From Eledone cirrhosa (lineage: Eukaryota): 64,000 nt of DNA. Position numbers and translations under genes: made by a program. Within the stretch, counting starts at the first letter, position 1. Each line of letters starts with the position of its first letter. Shown one piece after another: positions 33,386-48,201 of the stretch. The DNA is taken from contig OZ024747.1 of assembly GCA_964016885.1 (NCBI GenBank), forward strand, positions 88,536,001 through 88,600,000, given 5' to 3'. The notes under the pieces are model-generated. The model was not told where the DNA came from. It ran no database searches and saw only the letters and a list, made by a program, of their open reading frames with translations.

Positions 33386-34226
33386 AATAATGGAGCTGCG
33401 GCGTTGCAAATGGGATACATATGAAAAAGTTTGTCCTTCATCAGTGATCTTCCAACCATCATAGGCATTTCATCGCTTTAAAGACCATATACCTCCGGTT
33501 GGTGCGAGCAACGGCTAAAAAAAGTCGTTGGGACACGTAAATAAAGGGGACGCGAGGGTAAACAAACAAAATGGTTTAAGCAACAGAAAGTGATGAAGAA
33601 AGAGACAAGTCCCAGATTTCTATGAATTTAAATTCGGTGAAATCGTGAACGAGAGAATAAAGACCATCAAACCTGGTTGAAATGTGAGCAAGGAAGGAAT
33701 TCCGCACAGGTCTAACGGGGGGAAGAAGGGGTCTGGTCTGCGAATTCGGTAAACATAAGTTCTGTGAAATCGTAGACGAGAGAGAGAAAAAAAATTCATA
33801 CCAGCTTGGCCAGCGTGCGAGAGACAAGAATCACACACAGGTCAAACGGGAAGAAAGAGCAGGAGGAGAGGTAGTGACAGAGAATGAGTGAGTGAAGGGT
33901 GAGGAAGAGGCTAACAGAGAAAGAAACTGCTAGAAAGGGTAAAGATACAAAGAACGAAACAGACGGGTAGCAGCAAAGGAAAAAATATATGTGTAAATAT
34001 GATAATAATGGAGCTGCGGCGTTGCAAATGGGTTACATATGAAAAAGTTTGTCCTTCATCAGTGATCTTCCAACCATTATAGGTATTTCATCGCTTTAAA
34101 GACCATATACCTCCGGTTGGTGCGAGCAACGGCTAAAAAAAGTCGTTGGGACACGTAAATAAAGGGGACGCGAGGGTAAACAAACAAAATGGTTTAAGCA
34201 ACAGAAAGTGATAAAGAAAGAGACAA
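33379..34226 (+). mobile_element. Family D: element with ~230-bp direct terminal repeats in (TA)n
   Basis: 33379-33608 ~ 33997-34226; diverged third copy at ~62147-62335. Confidence 0.7.
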
Positions 34227-34241
34227 AAATATATATATAGT

Positions 34242-34409
<168 letters not shown>

Positions 34410-35103
34410 AAACAGAAAAGAAAATCCACTGGAATTACAAACCAACCACTATACCATTTGTACAGGTGCAAAGTTAACTATAACCACTCACTGTCTGAAA
34501 CGAAAGGTTGCAATAGATGTTTGTGACTTCCCTGACAAATAAAGTGTCAGTTAGTGACGTTGTATATTACGTTAGTTTCGTCAAATATAAATATTTACCA
34601 AAACGTGAGTGTAAATAATGCACAATACATCTACATGAATGTTTTTCGGGTATCATCACCAAAAATGATATACTTATTTGTTTTATCTATTCGTTGGTAT
34701 TTATATCAACGAACAGTTCTTATTTATAAGACTCATACTAACTATTTTTATTTATACGCGATTTCGATCTCGCTTGGGGAACATATATCTTGAAAGCAAT
34801 GAAAATAGTTTTGACATTGACGAGATGACAGGTAAAGTTTGTGTAAACGATATTCTGTGTTACATTAGTTTCGGATAAAAAGTAGAAGTTAACCAAGATG
34901 TAAGTGTTATTAATACATGTCATGTAATCAAACATATTTCAATATAATTTGCAGACATCGCTAGAATGAGTTCCATTTCTGTTTTCTTTCTTTTATAAAC
35001 ATTTTCATTACTTCATTTCATAACTTATTTCATGTGGTTCCATCAGTTTGATACAGTTTGAAAAGTGGTGAGGTATATGAATAAAGCAAGGTGAACTATA
35101 TTA

Positions 35104-35284
35104 CAGACCTGTCAGCGGGGAGATCTCCCACTCACTTTGGAGTGGGTGAGCGATGTCTTCTCTTGTGAAAATGGGTATAGCTTTCATTATGTAAAATCTC
35201 CCCATTTTGCCTCATTTCTCCTCGTTTTGGGGGCACTTCTTTCATGGTACTCCCTGTTTGGGCTTTTAGAGATTGGCAGGTCTG
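35104..35284 (-). mobile_element. MITE, 6-bp TSD ATATTA
   Basis: Both TIRs plus perfect 6-bp duplication. Confidence 0.9.
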
Positions 35285-35879
35285 ATATTAGATTTTCAAA
35301 TAAATATACCAAATGTTTTAGATACTTTTTCTTTTAATATTTATAAACAAATTTAGTTTGGTTTACAGAGATAACTGAATATGTATAGCATTCACTAAAT
35401 GCATTTGAAAATTCAATTTCCTCTCAGTATGATTCGAATTCAAGTAGAGTAGACATTGGAATTGTCTGTCATCCAACATCAGTCCAGCCAACCTCTAAAA
35501 ACTCAAACGGGAAATACAATGAAAAAAAATTAACGTAAAACGGGGAAAAATAAGACAAAATGGGAAGATTTTACATAATGAAGGCTATACCCACTTTCAT
35601 AACATCTCTCACTCACCCCCTCATGCTTCAATGATTCTGCCAATCCTCAGCTGACAAATCAATAATATTAAATATCTTCAGTACAATTTCACAAACTCGC
35701 GATTGAGAGAGAGAGAGAGAAAGAGTATATTCATTTTAAATAACCCCAGTACTTGACTGGTGCTTACTTTATCGATCAAGAAAGAATGAAAGGCTAAGTC
35801 AACCTTGAATTAAAAAAACTAAGACATTTTATTGAAAGCTACTCTAATTCTGTCAACCCGCCGCCCTCTAACAAGACAA

Positions 35880-36093
35880 TAATGGTCTCTGATTTAGGCA
35901 CAAGGCCAACAATTTTGGGGGGGGGGGAAATTGATTAAATAGACCCGAGTACATTACTGGTGCTTAATTTATCGACCCCGTAAGAATGAAAGACAAAGCT
36001 AACCTCGGCAGGATTTGAACTCAGTACATAAAGGGCTATAACTCAACGCTAAAAGGCATGTTGTCCGACGCTCTACTGATACTGCCAATCCAC
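35880..36093 (-). mobile_element. tRNA-derived SINE (dominant family), full length
   Basis: Consensus match. Confidence 0.85.
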
Positions 36094-36920
36094 AAGGAAA
36101 TAATTGTATATATTTTGTATTAAACAACTTATATTATTTTCAAATCTTACAATGGCTGCACATATAATTCAAATATATCATATTTGGATGCTATTCAATC
36201 TCATTACATGAAAAACCTTCTTTCCGGTATGTTTTCCGCGTATTGGTCCTGAATAGAAGATGCTGTTGTAATCAACCTTCTTATTGTATATTTACATTGA
36301 AAGGTCATAATCAAAAATAACTGAATAATAGTTATTTTTTTCTTCATACACTTGAATCAAACGTAATTGTAACATTACGTATATTAACCTATTCTAGAAT
36401 AATACAAGAAAATGGAAACGAAATATTGAAAAATAAATTATCATAATACATCTAGACAAAAGATGAAGTTTTCGCAGCTGGAACATTATATCCAACGGCA
36501 AGTAATATGAATTAATTTAAATAATCTAACTCAATAATTTATTTGAATATGTTTCCCCATCTAATACCCATTATACTCTTTCTCCTGGTTCACACTATTT
36601 TCTACGGAAATATCTATGGACCAAATTTCTGAATTCGAACTACAATCGATCATTCATAATTCATAGAAGAAATTTCACATTGCTTTTTCGCCAAACAAAA
36701 ACTTAGTACAATATACTATTTTCCTTCACTGCGGTTCTCACTCTATTCCCCTCTGTAAATCTTATACACTCCTCATACTCGTCGGGGTTCAGTAATCGTT
36801 TGCTTATATCTTCATACAAACATACGGGCGTACATATATTCCATGAGTGCAGAAAAATCTAGAAACTGTCAAGTACACACATAACAAATAACACTTTGCG
36901 TTGCATTACATCACACACGC

Positions 36921-37024
<104 letters not shown>

Positions 37025-37453
37025 AATTACACATACATGCAATGAAAATCTTACTGACAACCATATTAAATACAAAATAACGCCTCACCATAGTACATCA
37101 ATAAAAACCTCCGAAGGAAAAAATGCGAATTAAACATTTATTTCTATATTTCTTTAATATTGAAATAATACGATTGTTCTTTTCTATAGTAAATCTTGAA
37201 AAGGATTGACAAGCAAACGGACGAACGAATAACGTGACCAAAAATATTTACCGTTCATATCGATTAATAACTGTATAATATTAGTTCACTGAATCGGTCA
37301 CTATCTACAGCTGGATTTAAGATAAGTATATATTTACATAAATAAAACATTCACACACACACACACACACATTATATATATATATATATATATCCACAAA
37401 GAAACATATATGTACACACACATGCAAGTTGATATACACACACACGTATATGT

Positions 37454-37525
<72 letters not shown>

Positions 37526-37571
37526 ACAAACATACATATATGTACACACACATTATATATATATATATTTA

Positions 37572-37813
37572 AATCAAGATAGATACAGTAAAAAACTGGT
37601 TAGACCATTACTCACCAGACTATTCGATACTTAGGGTAGTAGAGTACGGTTATATGAAAGAATCGGGACCCCGACGGCTGAGCTCCTGCCGTTTCAACAG
37701 ATAGTTCCAGAGTCTGGAAATATCCATAAACTATGATTGTTTGGTTTCCTGACATGCACTCTAGCTCCTTGGATTTTCTTGGTGGCAAGAGCTCAGCCGT
37801 CGGGGTCCCTAAT

Positions 37814-37817
<4 letters not shown>
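37572..37817 (-). mobile_element. Family A element, divergent, with internal replacement
   Basis: GATACTTAGGGTAGTAGAGT..GGGACCCCGACGGCTGAGCTC...GAGCTCAGCCGTCGGGGTCCC. Confidence 0.65.
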
Positions 37818-37879
<62 letters not shown>

Positions 37880-37995
37880 ATTGTTTCTACTTTTGGCACA
37901 AGGCCAGAAATTACCCAGTGTATTACTGGTACTTTATTTTAAAATCCAAAGAGGACTCGATAAGGAAAAATATATATCAAATATATAAGAACCAT

Positions 37996-38050
37996 AGAGT
38001 TTCAGAAGACCCCGTTAAGGGTGAAAGCAGCGATTCTTTGCTTAAACTTT
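37996..38050 (+). ncRNA. Hammerhead-like motif, family B (core CAGAAGA)
   Basis: Helix I AGAGUUU/AAACUUU, CAGAAGA, helix II CCC(GUUAA)GGG, GAAA, helix III AGCA/UGCU, CUU triplet. Confidence 0.5.
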
Positions 38051-38059
38051 AATCTGTTA

Positions 38060-38523
<464 letters not shown>

Positions 38524-38716
38524 ATATAGATATATATATATACTATACATAATTTAACCGAGGCTGCTTATTGTAGGTCCTCAGAGAATATGTATATAAG
38601 ATATCCCAAAGGAAAAAAGTAACTGATTGCCTTATAGATCCTTTTAAATTTAGTAGTAATCACGAAATTGTCTCCTAATTTGCATATTCTTAGTGTCCAT
38701 GCTGGTTGGTAGTTTT

Positions 38717-38896
38717 AATTGTTTCTATTTTAGGCACAAGGCCAGCAATTACCCAGTACATTACTGGTACTTTATTTTATCGACCCCGTAAGGATGAAAT
38801 GCAAAGTTAACCTCGGCGGGATTTGAACTCAGATCATAAAGGGACGTAACTCTATGCTTCAAAGCATGATGTCCGACTCTCTACCAATACTGCCAA
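38717..38896 (-). mobile_element. tRNA-derived SINE (dominant family), full length
   Basis: Consensus match. Confidence 0.9.
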
Positions 38897-40270
38897 GTTT
38901 TAATATATATTAAACTGTAGGGCGAGTATCTGTATATTTGGGTGTATGTGTATATGCATACATTTATATGTATCAGTATATAAATACAAACGCGCAAACA
39001 CAGACACACTTACAAAAATACACACTCACAGACATTCACACAAATACTCACACACACACACACATACATACACATATACTCACACACAGCGTAGAAAATG
39101 GAACACCAGTCGCTGTTTTGCTATAGTTTTTTCACCATCCCCTTCCTTCCTTTTACACAGACACACACACATATTGTGTGACAGACGGAAGTCGCTCAAA
39201 TTTATATATAGATTTATGATGTCAATTAATGGACGTACCAGGCAGACTGGCCAATTGACTATAGCCGACACCAGTGAATGCTTTCCTTGACTTGTTCAAC
39301 TCTAAGTAATCATTATAAAGTTAAAACGTTAAAATTCCCTAGTTCATTAGCTGTGTTTACACACTGCTATGTTAGAAACTTACCAATAATAATCTTAACA
39401 TATAGATATAGGACGCATATACTTTTATTCTTTAATTGGGTTCGCTTATTTAACTATAAAGATACTGTTGAATTGTATTCTAGAGTATTGTCTATTATAT
39501 AAACATCGATATCATTATCAGTAGCAACAAAAGGAAAAAAGGCAAATCGTAGTTGGATCTCGTTTGAAATAATTCAGAAATTATCAAATTTCGACAAGTT
39601 GTTTTGTCGGAGGTTCTACTGATTCTGCCATACAATTGCCCTCATTTATCTATTTATTTATTTGCTGGGTTGTTTCCAATGAGAATATGGTTGCTTTTGA
39701 TGTACTACGTTCCTTGCGAAATTAGATATAACTGAATTCTTTCAATGGTATATCGCAGGTGTTTCGTTCATGGTAACGTAAACTAATACCTACGTATTGA
39801 TAATGATCATGTTTCCTCTTTACAAAATCTGATAAAATTACCATGAGAGAAGTTCTATATTGCCTAAATTCTCTATCTAAATATTAATCTGGCATTATTT
39901 ACATGGATGGAATAAGCTACGGTGGCTAGCAATTCTACAAAATCGATCAATATCACAATTAGAGAACCAATTTCCCTTTTTTTCATCAGCCTTCTAAGGA
40001 TCCATTAACAATGAAAAAGAAAAATATATATATATGACAAAACATAATATCTATATAATTTATGACTGATGGTAAAAAGAAATCTCACCTAAATTGAATA
40101 TTATACACCCACCGTGGTTAGCTTTGCCTTTCATCCTTACGGGGTCTGTAAAATAAGTACCAGTAATGCACTGAGGTTTTTGCTGGCATTGTGCCAAAAG
40201 TAGAAACAATTATATATATATATTAGGAATGTATGTATAGTATATTCCCAAATATACTATACATACATTC

Positions 40271-40325
<55 letters not shown>

Positions 40326-41187
40326 CAGTCGATCGACAAGATTCCAGACCTCATTCACTTAACGAGTGGGGTGGAGCTTGTCAAATCGGATCGAGGAAAC
40401 AATGTTTCTATTGGTCTTTTCAATTGCTAATACTCTCTATCGGTCGCAAATGCAGGTAGAAGGAGCAACGTGAAATAAAGTGTGAAATAAAAGTGTTTAA
40501 ATAATTACTGCTATGCACTGTAATACAAATAATGATCATTTTATAATTTAGGCACAAGGCGAGCAATTTATGAGAAGGAGGAGGAAAAAGTCTATATCTT
40601 AGCAATACTTGACTGGTCCTTCATCTTATCGACTCTGGTCTTATGAAAGGCAAATTTGACTTCAATAAAAATAATTTCTCTTATATGCGACGCGACAAAG
40701 CTGACGGAGGAAGTGAACAGATTAAAAATAAGGCGGCGAATTAGTCACCAACGATTATATATATAATAACCAGTCATGGAAAAATATACAAAATGAATGA
40801 AATGACACGTCCTAATAAGAGAACCACCACCCTGGGCGAATTAAGGAGCCCATAGATGCTGGTTTACTTGGACTTTTATGAGCAAGTGCCCTCACCTGCC
40901 TGTGTTTTTCGACATACAGGCGGATACTGAGAGTAGGCCCATTTACTCAAACCCTTTCCCCCACTCTTAAGCACTTCTCAGACAGTGTGTCTCCCTCCAC
41001 ATTCACCTTCAACTACAACTGGGAGATGTTGATTAGGGTTTGGCTGAAGAAGAAAGAATATCTTAGGTCCTTTCACTTTTGCCACCATACAATATCTTTT
41101 GCCAAAAATACAAGACATAAAATAGTATATCTCCACATCAAAAGCTCATCACTGGCTTTAAACTGTTTCCCAGAAATCAGGATTATA

Positions 41188-41277
41188 TACAGGGTCCCCC
41201 CCACCCCACTCCAATTGTATACACACTTCAACAGCAGATAACTCAAATGTATATACATTTTGGAGGGACACCCTGTA
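41188..41277. mobile_element. Tc1/mariner-type MITE (~90 bp)
   Basis: TA-TACAGGGT...ACCCTGTA-TA termini. Confidence 0.6.
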
Positions 41278-41867
41278 TATTTGTTATCTGACTTGCTCAA
41301 TAAGCATATATTCGCATTCCAATGGATAATGAATGATAAACGGCTTTGATACCCGACTGATGTCTTTCCTGTCACTAATATCCTCTTTTTTGAATCTCAA
41401 TATTGTATAAACCAGTAGGAATGTGTATTTGCGCACATTTTACACTACTTTAACACTTAAGAAAGCAACAAAACACATAGTAATATGTAAACAAGCACAT
41501 GGATTTATTTCTACATTTCCACCGTTGCTTTTTAGATCCATCCATTCTAATCAATGACTTAATATCTACGAAAGATAACCAACCAAATAAATCTAAAATA
41601 TCAGTTAGTGTAGAGAACAAATGGCCTGTCAGTGTAGATTTGTAATTACAATACATGAGTTTATAAAACAATGACAGCATTAATAATAGTAAAACATTAA
41701 ATCCAGATATTAATACAAAGTAATTTTGAGTGTAACGCAGTTAAAGTTGATCCAATAGGAATAGGCTTACCTTCGTGACTGCTAAAACTGTTCAGAAAGT
41801 TCTGTCAACAGTTATGTAGGTAAAACTCTTTTTCTTCAAATATATATTCTAAGACTTTTGAGAAGAA

Positions 41868-42060
41868 ATAATTGTTTCTACTTTTGGCACAAGGCCAGCA
41901 ATCACACAGTACATTACTGGTACTTTATTTTATCGACCCTGTAAGGATGTAAGGCAAAGTTAACCTCGGCGGGATTTGAACTCTGAACATAAAGGGCCGT
42001 AACTCTTTGCTGCAAAGCATGGTGCCTGACCCTCTACCGATACTGCCAATCCCCCGCCCT
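41868..42060 (-). mobile_element. tRNA-derived SINE (dominant family), full length
   Basis: Consensus match. Confidence 0.9.
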
Positions 42061-42500
42061 TTGAGAAGAAATAATGAGATGAACACCAGGGTTGTTGTTT
42101 TTGTTTACTCTTTTTTTTTTCGGAAATAAAATTGTTGTTTTGCTCTTGCAGTTGGGTGTATGTTCGGGATTATTTACGTGAACAACTCTGGGTTAGAATC
42201 TGCGTCGGTAATCAATCAATCTTCACTATATCATTGCTATTATGAAACATTTCTCAGTAGACTAGAGGTTAAAAATAAATCTCTAAATTATAGGGAAATA
42301 AACCCGACGTTAAACAGAGTGCCTGAAGAATTCTGTTCAAATTTGACAAACTTAGCATATCTGTCTAGTTAGTGTCATAATCAAACATAATAATACGTGA
42401 GTATATATATATATATATATACACACATATATATATACACATATATATACACATATATATATATATATACACACACATGTATATATATATATATATATAT

Positions 42501-42893
42501 ATGTCAACTCTGGATGTCGGTGAGCATGTCCAGCCAACCTCAGTCTCCTCTGTGTCACTTTTGAGCTGACTTTTGGGATGCTCCCATACAGCTCTGAGTT
42601 TTTCATCCTCAGTGTATACTGATTAATGTTCAGAGCCATCCTCAGCATTCTCGTGTAGCACCCATCCACCATCTGAGTGAGTTTCTTGGTCAGTGTCCAA
42701 GTCTCAGACCCATACAGCAGCACAGACTCCACTACATGGACACACTAGAAGAGGAAGACCAAGGTTAACGTATGTTGATGCCCTAAGGACAGACACTGGT
42801 CTGTTGGAGATGCAGGACATGGCAGCGATAATGAGGGACAGAGACCGCTGGAGAGAACTCGTCCATGGATCTCGGGAATTTTACCCACCTTAG
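42501..42893. mobile_element. RTE-like LINE 3' end with 5' inversion
   Basis: 42501-42732 (-) VESVLLYGSETWTLT..HPELT; 42729-42893 (+) PLHG..EFYPP*; same family as 38161-38523. Confidence 0.9.
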
Positions 42894-43270
42894 ATATATA
42901 TATATATATATATATATATGGTTTAAAGTGGTTTCTTCGTTCGTCATTCTACCAGAAGCCGGATATTTTTTATGTAAGCTGACGGTAACTGATTTAGGAG
43001 CCGCAGAAACCAAAATGCTAGAATTTACCATCCTTCTAGCGGGTCCGGGTAAAGATTTTTCATTCATATATTTATTATTTGTCTGACCCGAATTTTTTTG
43101 GTCGTTTTTTCGGCTGTGCGAATGATTTTAAGCATTATCTCAGTGTGTTGGTATTTAAACGTTAGTTATAGCTCTGGTTTATTCAAACTATTGAGCACTT
43201 TGCCACACTTTTCGAAGATTGTGTTTCGTTATTTCGTGGGCCGAGATTCCGATTCTCGATAATTTATTTG

Positions 43271-43301
<31 letters not shown>

Positions 43302-43399
43302 ACATATATATATACAAATACATATATATATATACATATATATACATATATATATACATATATATATATACATATATATATATACATATATATATATAC

Positions 43400-43475
<76 letters not shown>

Positions 43476-43741
43476 GGATAGAATGCTTTATGCTATTTGT
43501 CCCACCTCATTGCGCGCTCTATGTTCAAATCTCGCCGTGGTCAACTTTGCCTTTCTTCCTTTTGAGGTCGATAAAAAAATATCCCAGTCCAGTAGTGGGG
43601 TCGATTCTTTCTCTATAGAAAAAATCGACTGTGTTCAAACCTGGAAAGGGTTGGGTTCCGCTAGGTTTAAAAGTGCCCTAGAGACGCCGTATGATGGTGC
43701 CTCTAAGACTCCACAAGGAGTTATGGGATCTTTATCCTTTT

Positions 43742-43793
<52 letters not shown>

Positions 43794-43817
43794 GTTCATT
43801 CTTTCATTACCACAGCA

Positions 43818-43895
43818 GAGGTCCGACGAGTTTTTGATTCTAGAGTCGTTCCAGATCGAACCATGAGCTGATCAATAGCGAAACGCGCGTCACTA
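43818..43895 (+). ncRNA. Hammerhead-like motif, family C (core CCGACGA, long helix II, GAAACGCGCGUC)
   Basis: Core 43823-43829, GAAA 43880-43883, GUC 43889-43891, AATAAA 43899; helix I only ~3 bp. Confidence 0.55.
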
Positions 43896-44399
43896 TTCAA
43901 TAAACGTAATGAAGGCATAGCAAATTGTCCTTATATACATATATATATTTGAAGTGCCTTAAAACATTTTGTTTGTATTTGTACTTACATTTTTCTACAT
44001 AATAAGTTGAAACTGAAAGCACAGATTTCCACAATGTCGACAAACTAATACTTAATACAAACAAAATATATATTTATTAACTTCCAAATAATATATACAT
44101 ATATATAAGAAAAAAAAATGTAAACTACTGAGGATTATACTTCTCATTTTTTTAAAAATCCTTATTTAAAAAAAAAAAACATTTTGAATCTCTGATATTC
44201 AAATGAGAACAAAGAGAGTTTAATGGCATCATAAAAATGTCAGAGAGCGGAAAATAAAAATCTACTTCTTTTATGACATTTTTTTTTTTTTTTTTACATT
44301 TTCGTGTTTAGGAAATAAACATATCATGAGGTGTAAACTTTAGAATTCATCATTTTAGCTAAATCAGAAGGAGGTGGTAAGATGAATAGTGCGGGGTTA

Positions 44400-45075
44400 A
44401 TTTACGAGAGAACGGGTCACAGGTGGTGGATACAGTGATACAGCCGCCAGATATAATGCTTAGTTGTGATATAAGCGGGCGCCTGCCAGACGAATAAGCA
44501 GCCACGGACCAATAGCGGTACACTAGTAGGGAAGATGGAGCAATGGGTTAACCGCGAGTAAAGACCGCCCCAAATAAGCCTAGTTTCACGGGTGTTTGAG
44601 ATAGTACCAGATTGGTGACTGGCGTGAATAAGACTATCAAAATTGCAATATGGAGAGAGGTAAGAAAAGTATCATACTGCATCACACTTTGTGGGGGTTA
44701 CCAAGGGACGCGTTCGGGCCTTAGGAAGAGGGTCCTATTTGGAAAATATATTGCAGTCTCTATTTCATGCCCCAAAAACTGGCGATGGGCCTGCGACCTG
44801 TCCGGAGAGGTGTGGGATGGACGCACAAAAGTTGCGTATCCCGATACCCCAAAGAGGATTTAGAAGAGATCAAACCTTGATAAATAGAAACTGGAATGTC
44901 ACAGCCCTTACAAGGAACTAGTGGAGGAGGCTAGATGCTACCGGCTAGATATAGTCAGGGTTTTTTCAGCAAAGTTCCGTAACTGTGGTATTGTAGATAT
45001 GGATGAAGGATGGAAACTCTACTATTCAAGTATGGTGCCAGAAATGACTGCATAGATGGGTGTGGGGATAATCGA
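44400..45075 (+). mobile_element. RTE-clade LINE 5' region with AP-endonuclease start, decayed
   Basis: NWNVTALT..LVEEARCYRLDIV...GWKLYYS...GVGII at ~44890-45075; upstream GC-richer segment probably 5' UTR. Confidence 0.7.
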
Positions 45076-46744
45076 TATGAATTCACACATACTGTACAAT
45101 TTAATGGCATAATTTGAAGCCCAACATAATACAAGAAAATATATCAGCTCTTTCGTTGGTTACTGCTATGAGCTGCACCACCCAATGGTTGCTAATTATT
45201 AACAATATTGCATTCTGAAGTTTCAAGATTTAGCAATCTATCGCTGCAAGATTATTAATCTCTTGCTTTAACTTATATTTCATTTGTTTAACAAATGTAT
45301 TCTTTAGACTTAAGATATATTTAACAATTCTGACTAGCAACATAGATCAACATATAGAAGATTTGGGGAGTTAAACAATATAGGTAAACAGGCTTCCAGT
45401 AAGCTAAATTCATATTTTCATATGAATCATTATTGTGAAATATATCGTTAGCGCCAGATGTTGCATTAATACATTTGAGAAAGTAGTAAAAATTACACAA
45501 TCCCATACATTTATCTACAAATTTGCAGCTACTTGTCTTTGTAAGATAACAAATATTTACCATTATGCACGCGAGCTTTCAGCTTTAATGATTAAATTTA
45601 ATTTCACGAATAGCATTGAATAGCATATATGAACACATATTCTGTAAGGGATCCTAAATTCCATTCTTTCATAGAAGGAACCAGATCAGAATTATATCTA
45701 AATATCAAAATAAAGCATTTATTGTATAAAACTAGTTTATTTCGCTTGGAACTCTTTATCGCTTTCCACTATTTTCATAATTCTATATTACCCCCAACAC
45801 CTAATATAACAGAAACAGTCACTTAGGGAAAATGATAATTCTTATTGGCATTAGATTTATGTGCACTATATTTAATACCATACATTAGAATTGTATTGAT
45901 TTATATAAGCTTACTTAATAGAGGTCGAAATTGTATTGGGTTTTGTTTATATAATAGAGGTGAAATAAATCTTTCCATGCCTCATTGCCACAGTAAACCT
46001 ATTCGAAACTGTTGGGAATTAAGTTTTATAACATCAATCATTTTGACAATTGAAAAATTTAACATAATTTAACGTAATTTACAACCCTGTCGTAAGCAGA
46101 ATCATTAGAACGTCGAATATAATGCTTTTCAAGTTCAAATCCTGCCGAGGACAACTTTGCCTTTCATTCTTTCTTGGCCAACAAAAAAGAACTAATTCAG
46201 TAATGGAGTCAAATCTTACTGTATATCTGTTTCTCACTTCCTCTCTATCACTCTTCTTTTCTGGAAGAAATTGGCTGTGTCCACACATGGAAAGGAGGAT
46301 CGGCTCCTCAGCCAGATTTAAAATACGCACCTACGACTCCTTAAGAAGAAACAGATCCATACATTAACCCTTTCAGTAGAACAAGAAATAGATTCTGTAA
46401 CGCAAGGTCAATGAAATGCAGAAATATACAATATATCAAAATATCGATTTTCTAGATAAACACTTAGTCTATGGTTTACGGGAGAAGTGACAGATGATAG
46501 GGTTAGTCTCATATGGCCATGAAAGGATTTATCTATGTTACTAACTCGTAATGGCGTCAATAATGATACTTCGCGCGCAGGTGAATTATAAAACGTCTTT
46601 GGTTATATAACGTGCTTAATGGTTCGAATAATCGATAGCATTTACATAATCACCATTAAATTAAATACCTTAAATAATCAATTTTAACTATGTTCATAGA
46701 AAGGCAACTTCAAATCGCAATTCAGTGTAATGTATATATATATA

Positions 46745-46864
<120 letters not shown>

Positions 46865-46979
46865 GTAAAATTAAATACAAAAACCAAAATCCAAAGAGGG
46901 CTCGAAATGGATTGTATATATATATATATACACGCACATATATATATACACACACACTCACACACACATATATATATAT

Positions 46980-47024
<45 letters not shown>

Positions 47025-47025
47025 C

Positions 47026-47119
<94 letters not shown>

Positions 47120-47440
47120 AATTTCCTTGTGATTTCAACCGAATGAAACAGTTATCCCGTAGAAGTCATTTCTATTTGAAATAAATTACTGCAGCTATAG
47201 GGTTCAGGTGCTATACACGCTAACATATATACAATCATATTCAAATTAACACATCCATTTCAGAATAATACTAAGAGCGAATGGATATATACACTCATCA
47301 AATACATATTTCGTTCTGTTTGATTGGAAGATATGCACATCTAATGAGGGTCCAAAAATCGATTCAAGATATCATTATTTTGGGGGGTTTTTCGACCACT
47401 GCCGAAATTCGATCTCGCTGAAATTATATATATATAATAT

Positions 47441-47483
<43 letters not shown>

Positions 47484-47645
47484 TATATATATTATATATA
47501 TATATAATATTATATATAGAGAAGTATAATATGATTCCAGTTCCTCAGAGAAATAACAACCCAACCAGGAGCTGGACATATCATAGTATTGACGGAGTAA
47601 AACACTTTAACAACATGTGTACCTGTCTCTACCACACCAATTCGA

Positions 47646-47700
47646 ACTGCCTGAAGAGGTCACAGCCAATGATGGCTGTCACCGAAATATATATAACAGT
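47646..47700 (+). ncRNA. Type I hammerhead ribozyme motif
   Basis: ACUG-C-CUGAAGA-GGUCACAGCCA(AUGA)UGGCUGUCACC-GAA-AUAUAUAU-A-A-CAGU; 10-bp helix II, palindromic helix III, one mismatch at base of helix I. Confidence 0.7.
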
Positions 47701-48136
47701 ACATAAACGAAGCCAAATCTTAAATATTTGACTTAATTACTTTATTTTACATTACTCCGGAGTAACTAAACCAACCTGCGTACTTCGTCGAGTGCTCCAA
47801 TCTGCATACTGAGGTGTCGGTAAACAACCAACATATACTCAAAATTTATAGAGAAGTATATATAGAGCAATGTGTTTAATCATAGGGGAAATTAAAGTGT
47901 ACTAACTATCGGATGGTTAGTACACTTTAATTTATTCTTTTAATTGATCTGTATTCACCTTTCCTTTCGTAGACAATATATTCATCATTCTGGTGGGTTT
48001 TTTTTATCCCCTATGATTAAACAAATTTCTCTATGTGTACTTCCCTCTATATACTGATTTATAAAGAACAGGAATCTATTCCTTGAGCTCATTAAATTAT
48101 AGGGGATTAATGTGAGTCTTTAACTCCGTTTTTTAA

Positions 48137-48193
<57 letters not shown>

Positions 48194-48201
<8 letters not shown>

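Noticed and set aside
33430-33480. Minus-strand CUGAUGA with upstream GAAA read as a type II hammerhead or SECIS
   Set aside because: Helix II does not pair, SECIS geometry is absent, and G.U pairs favour the plus strand
40800-41130. Possible minus-strand RTE LINE 3' remnant
   Set aside because: Too decayed to support by eye
42151-42207. Possible exon after a good acceptor (TTTTGCTCTTGCAG)
   Set aside because: Two open frames and no recognisable product; needs RNA-seq
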